Shown in pieces: positions 1 through 11,600 of a DNA stretch of 64,000 nt (positions are counted from its first letter, which is position 1; every line of letters starts with the position of its first letter). Source of the stretch: Ascidiella aspersa (lineage: Eukaryota); NCBI GenBank assembly GCA_963924565.1, contig OZ004607.1:32550001-32614000 (forward strand). Direction: 5' to 3'. The translations under genes and the position numbers were made by a program. Under the pieces are notes generated by a model that did not search any database, was not told the DNA's origin, and saw only the letters and a list, made by a program, of their open reading frames with translations.

Positions 1-112
1 TAAATTACTCGATACTCTTCCTGTGTCCGAGGACTCGTATTATACTCGTTTTGTCGAATTTGTACTCGTATTTACTCGTATTGTACCCCTATATTGTAGT
101 CGTCGCATCCAA
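1..112. repeat. Right end of a MITE-like element with repeated TACTCG motifs, in a GPCR intron
   Basis: About five (T/G)ACTCG motifs in 90 bp ending in GTCGCATCC. This resembles the subterminal repeat arrays of hAT-type MITEs. The other end is outside the window. Confidence 0.4.
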
Positions 113-175
113 ATGTATACCACTTTGTGCTGTCCCAAGGTAGGCCTACCATTTTTGCTAAGGCGACACACCTAC

Positions 176-1178
176 CTGAAATGAGGTCGGCGAAGGCCAA
201 GGAAGCCTTAATGAAGCCGTATTTCTTCCGCTCCTCCGTTGAACTGACGCATACAGTGGCTATCACCAGCAAGTTACCGAAGGTGATGGCAGCAGACAAA
301 AGTATGGCCACCGAGAGAACAAAGTAACCGCCGACTGGACTGTAAATCGATGCACAGAAATAGGTCGTTTAAAAAAACGTTTTTGTAAATATTTGACTTA
401 ATTTTTATTCACGGATTGTATACCAGCATCTATTCTAGAATAAAGTCTATATGCAATATATCCCAAATTTCTCTAAAAAAATTCTAAGAAATATATTGAC
501 TATGATTGACGCCACATTTTCTTGCCACATTGACTTCGTCACATCAAAGGTCATTTTTTTAATTTTCGCTAACCCAGTCTGGATACATCTATTTACAGGA
601 GTATAAGGATTGTACCGCTCAATAAATAAAAAGACAGATGGATCATACAAAATCAAAACAAAAAATTTTCTGGTGCTGTCGCCAGGTTAAAAAGAGGAAA
701 AGCGTTAATTAACAAGCATTGCGAGAGTGCCTTAATGTGACACTGGGCATAGGATCAATTGACTTTTTCACAGCGATTCTAGGAATGTCTGATGTGTTGC
801 ATTTATCCGATTAACATCAGACCAATATAGATATAAGGGAGTTTGGTAACAGCTCCGATAGAAAACTATCGGGCGTTCTTATTTAACACACATATAATAA
901 TCTGTCCTATGAATGCATTAAAAACAGTTGGCGGATACTTAATAAGCACCACTAAAAACTATAACTTCCTAATAAACGCTGGCCTTCCAGACTTCACAAG
1001 TAAACGTGATGGGAAAATATTTAAATTTTAGGCCTAACCTGCACTCCTCGCAGTCTTTCAAGGCAGTTGAGAAACAAGCGTTGTACGCCTTGTCGCTGCA
1101 AAATCCTGGCATTCCACAAAGTGAGCCGTTCACATCGCGGTCTATTCTTCCCAGCAACGAGGTGGCGATGTTTTCCAT
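176..1178 (-). CDS. Rhodopsin-like (class A) GPCR, 5' part only; the gene continues beyond the left edge
   Basis: Exon 1178-1039 (MENIATSLL...CGMPGFCSDKAYNACFSTALKDCEEC, phase 2, donor GTTAGG) joins exon 339-176 (SPVGGYFVLSVAILLSAAITFGNLLVIATV...FIKASLAFADLISG, acceptor TTTACAG, donor GTAGGT). TM1 GNxxV and TM2 LAxAD motifs are present. Confidence 0.85.
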
Positions 1179-3918
1179 GAGCTTTCACCAGTGTTTGTTA
1201 ACTTCGAAAAACAGACTAGTATATAACTGAAACATAATTGTAAAAACCTTTTTCGTGGAAGGCTAATTTCGAAGCCCTGAACAAATGAAAGTTTACAGGT
1301 GTTCTTGACTAGACCTCTATACTTTATAACCGTAGCTTATTTAGCACCGTATGCACTGCGCGTGTTTTTGCCTCGGTCGATTATCGACTGCGAATTAAAA
1401 TACTCAATGCCCAGAAATGCTATTATTTCGGCAATCTTTAATCGATTTTTCGTTTTGTCCTACCTGTTTACCTGCAAAACGTTTTTTTCGTTTTTTTACA
1501 GCAGCTTTGTTTTCCTTCTAGTCTCTTTCAATCAGTTAGACCCGTTAGATATTTAGCCTCCTGAAGTTTTTAACCTGGGCTTTTAAGACCATACAGACCA
1601 CAATGGCATGTGATTGATTTAGCGAGTAGCAAACTTCAAATATACCCCCGGGGTCTATTTTTGCGTGAATTGTGTAACGACCACATTATGGTCACGTTTA
1701 CACCACAAAAGATACGCGACAAAAGAGGTCGGTTTAGGCCTAAATTATTTATACGTCACGGTTCTAGGATCGGCCATTCTCACCTGATCGCTATTGTTAG
1801 CCTTTCGAAAAACATCTTGACTGCAGACACGCTATCGTTATTGAAATACATGTTTTGCCAAACCGGGGTTGTGAGAAAGTCATCTCTTCATGGGGTTGAT
1901 GAGCCTAACCGGATAATTAGCATCACAAGTGCTTGAAATTTTGAATCAGGGATGGGCAACCTTTTTCTGGTTTCTGGCCAGACCCAAGCTCAGAACGGTC
2001 TCGGCGAGCCGTAATAAAGTATTATCAATTAACACGTTTTATTCTTATAGATGCGTATAATAAATTGAAACTTTCAACCGTCAAACAACATGGAAAATAA
2101 TTTTAGTTCAGATGCCGGTTCTCAAACTTAAATGGTTAAAATCCACTAAGAGTTAATTTTTAGGCAAAACTATGTTATTTTTCTACAAGGTAAATTGAAA
2201 TCTGACCAATAAGGTGAATTCATGCCAAGCAAATTCACGCCATTACGATTTATTTAGCTAATTATTCAGGTATATTTTAACGGAAAGCACCCGGCACAAA
2301 TCAGAGACAAGGAAATCACAAAAACACCAAACAGATTTCAGGCGGATGACGTTTATTGTTGACGGCTTCGCTAATAATGGAAAAAAAGAGGCGAGAAAAA
2401 GTAGTAGGAGGCGCTATATTACACAAGAACGCACACTTGAGAACAGAAATTATCGACGCAAATTACCAAAAACTACAGCACAGTTGCCCAATGTTGGATA
2501 CAACAGGAATTACCTCGCTCTCTGCAATTGGAGGCGTTTTTTGATAAAAAAATAGGAAAACTATATACGCAACAGTTGCGACATTTATTTTATATGGCTG
2601 TTATTTGAGATTTATGTCTTTCGGTAATAGTATTTAATTAAGATTTTTTAAGTAAAAATCCGTTGCACTCTTATATATAAGTAACAAAAAATCACTTGAA
2701 ACAAAGCAGCTTGGTAAAGTAAGCGGATTTCTAATTTATATGTTTCCATGTTGATAAGACGACTAAAACATGTTATACAAAACTTGCATTTTGGCTAAAT
2801 CATAGATTAGAATAAGATTTGTGGCGCCAAAACATATACAATTTCTACACTACACAATGAACATGCATATCACAAAATTCGGATAGGGAACAGCGAAACA
2901 GCGATTTCGAAAGAAATGAGATTAAACCCTTTGCTCAGCTATTAAAGCGAACTTGATTAAAGCGTTGACCATAAGCCCTGCGGTTTTTATGCTTGGGTTG
3001 TACAGAGTTACCAACCAAACCTAAAACGCCTACTAACATGGAAGGACGATATACAACAGAGCATGGAGCACGATATACAAACATTGTATAGTTTTTTTCG
3101 GTGCTACGAGGTTTTAAATCAAACTTTGATGCAAAGCTACAGTTGAATGCGGCTGGGAATCCGTCGCATATCAAACTCTAGCGTTTTCCCAAATAACTAA
3201 TAACGTAATCCAGCGGTGTCAACGCAAGGCTAAATCATGTTTGAGAACTGGTATATTTGCTGGGTCGAAAACGTTCGTTCAGACAGCGATGAAACATGGC
3301 GGTTCTTTGTAAAAAAACAAGTTACCACGCAAAGATACAATGTGAAATAAACAAGCAATCATACAGTGGGCTATATGCAAGGATTTTTGCACTTTGTAAA
3401 AAGCGTTTTTCTATTTTGGTATGTTTGGAGTGTAATGGGCTTAAAATTACTTTAGAAGGTGTAATTGATTAAAAAAATTAGTGGTTTGCAAAGTGTAATA
3501 TACAAAAAAATTACTTTGCTATTTTAAATATATCTCGCGCGGGGACTACATTATAACAAACTGCGGGCCTTTGCCAATTTTTACTGGGCTGCGAGCTATT
3601 TTTTACTATTTCAGTTTTATTATGATAGTTGTGGGTCACCCAATTGCCGTACATTTATTTTATTTTATTTAAAACGTTGGTGTAAAAAAAGATTTGCCGA
3701 CCTCTTTTGTAACGGAATGACGACTATTATGCGCTTGTGCAGTACCAGAGGTTTTATTCAGTTGTGCAAATGAAAACTGAATGTATAGCGAAGAAATATC
3801 AAGCTAAGGGTTATTTGTGCAGTCTTATATCAGGCCTATTTGGTAAGCAAGCTTACAGCAATAAGGACTTTCGTTTCGGTGTCTGAACAGCAAAAGTGTC
3901 ACATATAAGATGTACAAA

Positions 3919-4000
3919 AAATCAAAAAAACAGCTCCTGTGGCAATTTTAATTCAATTTTAAATTTTAATTAAATTACCAAAGAAGCTGTTTTTTGATTT
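3919..4000. repeat. Short imperfect hairpin of about 80 bp
   Basis: AAATCAAAAAAACAGCT pairs with AGCTGTTTTTTGATTT, and the AT-rich interior is also partly self-complementary. Confidence 0.6.
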
Positions 4001-5627
4001 ACATTATTATACCTGGTAGCAACAGTTTATATATAGGATGTACTTCTATACTCCATAACATAACACGGTTAGAGGTTTTTTGGAAGAAAACAATGCAAAT
4101 TAAAGGGAGCAGAAAAAATCCAAACGTGAAGTGAACGTATCAAGCTAATTTGCAAAACAAAGTAGGTTGACATATGGCGAAATTATGTTGACGGAAACAG
4201 CACGGTTTGCATTTTTCTGCGGTTGCGCAGTGTATTGACATAAGCGGTAAATAACAGTGATTTCTTAACGGCGAGTACAAATTTTGTCTTTTTAATTACA
4301 CTCACATTTGGTTTTGGCATTCGCAGGTTCGACATTAGGTTATTTTGTATTGTTAAGCGGGATTCGTTGTATTGTGAACATCGTACCACATTGAACCAGT
4401 TAGTAAAAAAGGTATTTTCATGTATAATGGCATTTTGTGCTCTGTAACAATTAGCATACAAAAAAAAAAAAGGTTTTAAAGTTTTACGAAACGTTTTTTT
4501 AAACTTGTTGGTATTTTGTACTTTTAGAAGATGAAGATGTCATGATAGGAGAAATGGTATTTTTATTTTTTACTAAACTAATTTATGTTGTTAATTTATA
4601 AATTGGGTTACGCCAAGCTCTTCGATGTATCAGTGCGCGTTTTTAGTTTTTTAAAACATTCCCAAAGTGCGTTGCGCGTCTCAATCAATTGCGAGGTTTA
4701 CTTGACAAAAACAGTGGGGTCTGTAGACACAAGCAAGGGAAAGCAATTAGATTAAACATCAATCTAAGATAGCAGATTTAACAGGACTAAACGAGCTGCA
4801 TAAAGAAAATGTCGATATCAAAGCTCTTAGGTATTGTCGCATTCTGTCGGTTATTTTTTCAATTTTACAAGGGTGTAAAGTGACAAATGGAACATTAACT
4901 AAAAATGTATTATTTTGGATTTAAATTAACCTGGGGTGTTAAATCTGTTTTCGCTCTATACGAGTGTTAATTGCAACAATAATCTTCTTCACAGTTCGTC
5001 ATCCTTTAAACTAGAATTGACAGAAATATTAAATTTAGAGTCAATTATGGAGTGCTTTGAATCTAAACATGCACGTTAGTGATTGCATGGCCATCCCTGC
5101 ACAGTACCTACAACTATTAGCACGGTGGTAGCACGTAAGATACAGATTTCATTAAAAAGTAGATAAACCGTAGAGTGTTTGCGCGAAGTACCCAAGGGTT
5201 AACAAAAAAAAAACTAAAAATAAGGATGCAGAAAAATGCCGAAAATAAATGTAGTTTGATAGGGTAATTAAGTTACACCAGTGATTCTTAAACTGTGGTA
5301 AGCATTCCGAAAGAGGTCTTATAAAAGTTTTAAGAGGTAATTTGGTAATGATACGAAAAACTATCCTTTATCACTGAAAGCAAAACGTATAGCCTTGTTT
5401 ACATATTTGAAGGTTATTTTGAAGCCAAATATTGGGTGATTGTAGGGTTGTTTAGCCACATGATTAATAATTACACCTATATAAGAGATACCGCCTCTGG
5501 TTCAGTACCACGAGGTTTACCAAACCATCAACCTATCGTATTCAGCATTTAAGAGGAACAAAAGCTACAGCTCTATAAAGGCAGCTCAAAAAAATAGCAC
5601 TCAGCGCATTAAGAGCCCGCAGATAGA

Positions 5628-8600
5628 TCAGCTCTGCTTGGGCGACGAGGCCTTGTCCTTGCGGCCGACCAGGCGCCGGAAGCTCGTGGCCCGTCGGGGC
5701 TTGGCCGCCGAGGCCAGGTTCGGGGAATCCCCGGACGCCCGACTGCCGTTCTCTAGCACCACCTCGAGGCTTTGGTCGTCTTGTTCCTGGTCTTTCTGCT
5801 GCTGTTTTAGCTTCTTCTTTTGCTTGGACTTGGCGCTTCCGAAGCCGCCGAAGAGCTTGCTCATGCTTGTGCTCTTCTTCTTCATTCCACCTCCTGATCC
5901 CGATCCTACTCCTTCTGTTGTGGAGTTTGGAAGCTGGAGGGAGGCGGCGGCATCGCCTGGGAACAATGGGATTTATAAACTTGGCATTTACACGTTGTTG
6001 TGCAGTCGTAAGTGTGCATTAAGGCCCGTTTACATTACAGCTGCGCTGAGCTGAGCAAAGCGTAATTTGCATTTAATTTTTATTGTGGCGAGCGTTTCAC
6101 GCTTTGCTAAACTCAAGACCCATGCAGCTAAAAAAAAGTTTGGAGCGATTTTCACGCTTTGCTTGACTGCCATCGAAACGTGAAAGAGATTTTGCCTTGT
6201 TAATAGTACAAACGCAATTTCACGCCCAGCTCAGGTCAGAGCAGCTGTAGTGTAAGCGGGCCTTTTATGATTCATTCCAAACAGTTAGGTAAATATTAGC
6301 ACGTGAAAAAAATATTGCGAAATTTTGTGACGAGCTGAGTTGGTCTGGCTTGCTCGTTTTGGTTTCGTTTGGTCTGTAAAAATTGATATGACCGCTTTTT
6401 TATCGGGAACAAAATGTTGTTATGTTAAGAACTGCTGGTGAACTGTTCATCAGTAACATGGCCAAAGTACGACGGTCGTGAAAAGCCAAAGTTTGAAGGT
6501 TTACAATTATTGTGTTTAACAGCGACGACAAAACAGTAAATCCTACTTGCACAGAAGCCTGGAGTTTAGTTAAACTCTGTAGTCACTATTCTCAAACTGT
6601 CCGGATGAAATGCTAATGTTACTTTTTTTTAAATAACAAAGCAGTCTATCTCGAACAAACCTTAAATAGCTCCGGTATACATTACAACCAAGCAAAGCCC
6701 AACCATTTAATAAAAAATGTAGGGTTGTTTACAATGTTTTAGTTCATATGGTTTTGCTAATGGTTTGTTCTTCGTGGTGTGTTTTCACCTCGAGCAGTAA
6801 GCAGTTGTAGCGTTGTAATATAGTTAGATTTTACATAACTTTGTTATTTTTGAAATCTGTTCGTGTTAAGTTGCATAGGATTTAAACCCCAAAACTTTTT
6901 CTCTTACCCTGTCCATTGTCGATGACGAGGGAACTGCGAACATCCGGATACTTTTTCTTCTTCTTACCGAAGATCAAGCTTCTGGTGCGTCGCACTTTTG
7001 CTGTTGGTAAGGATATTAAGTTTAGAAGATAAATAGAATAAAGTGTTTTTTTTAGCTCTGATAAGTGAGAATAAGGTAAAAGCAAAAAGGTGTATCTTAT
7101 AATGTTTAGTTGTTAAAAAAATAGTACCAGAGGCTTTTGATTCGATTAGTGTTTATTAGAAGAGTATATAAAATGTTATAGATTGTTGTTTTTGGGACAT
7201 TGATAAAAAATATTGAAAATAAAACAAACTTCTGTCAAAAGTAAAACATGGATAATATTGGATATCTCTCCTTTGTTACATAAGACTCTAATTTACATGT
7301 TGGGTTTTGGAATGACCAATGACCATGATTAATAAAACAAAACAAATATTTTAAATTAAATACGGTTTAGTTTTACAAAACAACATAAAAAATCTCCGAA
7401 ATCACGGCAAAATTACGTTTTTTCAAAGCTCTTTCGTGCAAACGACATAAAAGAATAGGAAAGAATAGCAAGGTAACAGTTTTGCAAATTCGATGCAAAC
7501 TAAAAAAAAAACGACAAACCTTCCGGCCGCAGGTGGGCGCTGTGGCGGAACGACACGGGCGAATCAGAAGCGTCGGAAGTGAAGCGTGTCGAAGGAGCCG
7601 CGTCCGAGTTGCGGCGTTCCGCTAGAAGGCGGTAGAGAGGATTATTTAGGTGGTTTTTAAAGTTTCGGAATATCAAAGTGCCTCCAGAAATTGATAAGTG
7701 TGCCGCGAAAAATTGGTAAAGTTTAAAAATACCTATTCGAATTAGTAATAAATAGTAAGGTATCCAGATAAGTACTCTATTAAATAGATAACTGATATTA
7801 AAATGTTATTTACCTATAACCTTGTTGTATAGCAGTGGTTTTCAAACTGTGTGCCGCGGTCTCGAGAGATTGTAAAGTGTTGCGCCTATTTTTTTATCGG
7901 TATTGCACATAGGCTTACTAGCAAGCATGCGAGACAAGAATCCGTTCTATCAGTTATAGTTTGTTGAAATATTATAGCGCTTACCTGCGTGGTTCCTTTC
8001 CGTGTGATAAGCGTGTGTTATAGTTGTATGGGATTGCTATGGAATGACTAATGGTTTATTTTAAATGTGTGCTGCGATTATACTCTGCCGCAAGCTTAAA
8101 AAGTTTCAGAACCACTGCTGTACAGTTAGGGCAATTGCAATGAACTGTTATTTAATGGTTAAAGTGTGTAGCAATTTCGTTTCTTCTTAACGCGACGCCG
8201 CAAGCAGTGTAAGATAGTGAAGCAGTGCTTTACATGTACTGGTCTTATAAAACAGTTACGTACAGTTGTAAACTATACCGAACAAAACCGGCGGTAAAAC
8301 ACAACATGCTACCGATGAAAAATTCGCTTTCTCCATGCCGTATTCAAAGCATTCAAAAAAAAAAGCCAATATAAAAAAGATATTTTGTTACAGTTTTAAC
8401 ATGCAACCCCATTATGATCGAATTTGTATACTAGGGTTGTTCAAAAAAACACTTTTTTGTCAAATTTCAGTGGGGACCCCTGGAATTGTTAGCTTGCGTA
8501 AAAAAAACCCACAAACCAAATCTGAACACGTTTGGTTCAGTATTGACCGTGCTACGTCAATTTGAAAATTCAGATTTGGGCTAAAATTTTGAAAAAAATT

Positions 8601-11600
8601 AATTGTTCTTCCCATAAAATTTTTTTTTTCTTTTTTTTTTGCATTGCTTTGCAATTGAATAGCTATAAATAAACCTGTTTTGCAGTAAACAGTTGTTAGG
8701 CTGTTTTGTACGAAAAATGGCTTTTTAGCACATTTTTTGAACTTTAGATAAGTAATTGATATAATTGTGTGAAGACTAAATGCACTATTATATTAATTTG
8801 ATGTCATGATTGCTGCATCTACTTTATTTTAAAATTTTAAGCCATTTTTCATACATAACAGCCTAACAAATATTGTTGAAATGAGACATTTGTACCATGA
8901 CTACTCACTTTTTTACTGCAAAACAGGTTTATTTATGGCTATTCAATTGCAAAGCAATGCAAAAAAAAAAAAAGAAAAAAAAAATTTTTAGGGGGGGGGA
9001 CAATTAATTTTTTTCAAAATTTTAGCCCAAATCTGAATTTTCAAATTGACGTAGCACGGTCAATACTGAACCAAACGTGTTCAGATTTGGTTTGTGGGGT
9101 TTTTTTTACGCAAGCTAACAATTCCAGGGGGTCCCCACTGAAATTTGACAAAAAAGTGTTTTTTTGAACAACCCTATTGTATACATTTTGTCAAACGTTT
9201 ACCCTAGCTTTTATCCATAATACAACTGGGTATACAATACAATAGGCGTTTAAAGAGCATTGCTGTAAACATATTTTGTGAATGGCCTATTTGTATAATT
9301 CTAAATAGGATAATCAGGGGGTACTATATGAATAGAAATTGAAAAGCATAAAATTAAAAAAATATGTTCTACTTTCACCTGATGAAGCACGGTTGTGCGA
9401 AAGCTTATTAAGACAAGATGCGTCCAATACGTTAGTGATTCTCATCAACATTTATATACTATTTGTCTTTATATATAGTGCAATCAGATTACCTTACTTT
9501 AAACATATGCTTAATTGCCAACAATAAGCCCGTTTATATGCACGTTTAAGCCGGATTCGAATCTGTTTCGTTAATTCATTCTCTCTCGTTTTGGTGCTGT
9601 AATGAATTAAGTTCTCTCGTTTCTTAATCGGTCAAAAGGAGTGGTTTTCAATCCAGCCGAAATCGTTTAATGTAGAATGACCTGCTTTAACGCAGTAAAC
9701 ATCACGCCACTTTTGTGTCATTATGACGTAACACGAACGGCTAGTCGTAAACAAAACAACAAGTTTAGCGCATAAGAAAAGAATATTACATACACTCGTT
9801 AAATACTAATTTGTGACAGAGGGGCTGGTCTAGAATCTACAAAGGATGCGGGTTTGGTTAGGTTTAAATAGTAATACTTGGCCCACCCTCACCCAAATAT
9901 TGCACATTGCTTTAATAATTGTCTCATCGCTGTGGTAGGATTTTAGGCAAGCGCCAAATACAGTTTTCATTAGTCATATTTGGTACATCCCTCACCTTCC
10001 TTTGAACACTTTGCCTTGTATATAGCGTTTACCAGCACACATAAGCTTAACTTTCCTGCACTAATATTCTGTGTGCCAGGTAAACTGAAGCACTATACAG
10101 TCAAAAACATACTTCGGCAAACCAAACTCAATCGGCAAACCAAACTCAAGTAATTCTTGTTTTTTTTCAATTTTAGGTTTATAAAAACGAACAAGCAGCA
10201 ATAGATTGCTACCGCAGGGAGTTGCCTAAGCCGAAAAATCGGTTGTGCGTCAGAGGTTTACTAGAATATTACGTAATAATGCATATCAGTGCAGTTTGTA
10301 CACTCAAGCTGGCTTGAATTTCGCGCCATGTAATTACGACGCTGGAACGGATTACTTTTCAATCCGGATTGAACCTTAATCTAATCTGCCCGCGAAAGGT
10401 GCATATAAACAGGCTTAATGTCTTTGTTTTTAAGGTTATGTTAAGTCGCTGTCCTATGCGCGGTCGTGACATTTTTCAGACGTGATCAGATCCCCACATA
10501 TAAATCTTAGTAATTGTGCCCTGTATTTCCCTTGAGAGCGCATTACATCTGTTCCTTATCTTCCAATCAAAAGTCAATCGATATGTTTTTAATGAGCAAT
10601 TACTCGTGTTGGGATTACCGAGGATCAATAGCCCATTGTCACGTCATAACGCAACACAAAGTTAAAATAAAAACACTATTAAAAAGTTATCGTTCCTTAC
10701 AAAAACTCGTTTAAAAGTGATGCCGGAATACACAGACTAGCGTTTAATTTATATATATTTTTTATATAATACGTTTATTGATAAACTTTAACACACACCT
10801 GACAATCTATGTGTTAATATGTAAATATTATGTTTTTTGCGACAGCGGATTTTCTGCTCTGTATCTAACAATGTTTCGAGTTTTTGTTCGAAACAGAATA
10901 CTGGGAAATACTTAGTATAGGTATTTCAGCCATGATTTGCGATTCAAATCAGCGATTTTTTATTTGAGAGGTAAATTTTAACAATGTGCGTATCACTGAG
11001 AATTTTAAGCCTAGAGTAAATTTGGCTTTCTAACCTAGCAAAAATACATTTGAGTTTGTTGCAGTTTGCGACTATTTTCTATTGACCTATATGAAACTTC
11101 TTAGTTTATTCCAGGGTTAAAACCAAACTAAAAAAAAAACAGGAAAATGATGATACGGTAGCAGTGGAAAAACTTACGCTTTTCTTTCTCCGGGCTGCTT
11201 CCGGATGCGGTGAACGCAGCCACCTCTTCGCTGGTCGAAGGTTGGAGATGCTCGGAGCTCGACGAAGACATGTCACCATTGCTGGTTAGATCGGCATCCT
11301 GCGTTAAACATATGCTCGTATGCGAATGAAAGATGTTGGCTAAACAGTTGTCGCTCAAAACATGAGTCAGTCAAACATGTTTATATTGTCTTATTTAGTT
11401 TTTCAGTTTACGGTTGAGGTGGTCATAATGTCGTGCTGGATTGTCGCACGATTTATCGGATTAATTCAAAGACATTCAAAAACTTTTCAAAGAAAATTCT
11501 TAGGATTTCAAAAAAACAAAAATGGTTCACTCAACATGTTTTTAGTATAATTCGAAAATAAAACAATATAAATACTATGGTCAACACAACGACAAATAGT

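Noticed and set aside
1299-4461. Short ORFs between the GPCR and the C2CD2L-like 3' end
   Set aside because: No domains, AT-rich composition, no consistent splice chain, and several overlap decayed MITE fragments.
5638-6054. 138-aa plus-strand ORF; similarly 20551-20994 and 61868-62182
   Set aside because: Antisense to GC-rich coding exons of the minus-strand genes.
10115-10149. Micro tandem duplications (also near 11750, 40530 and 54790)
   Set aside because: Ordinary 14-20-bp slippage duplications with no further structure.
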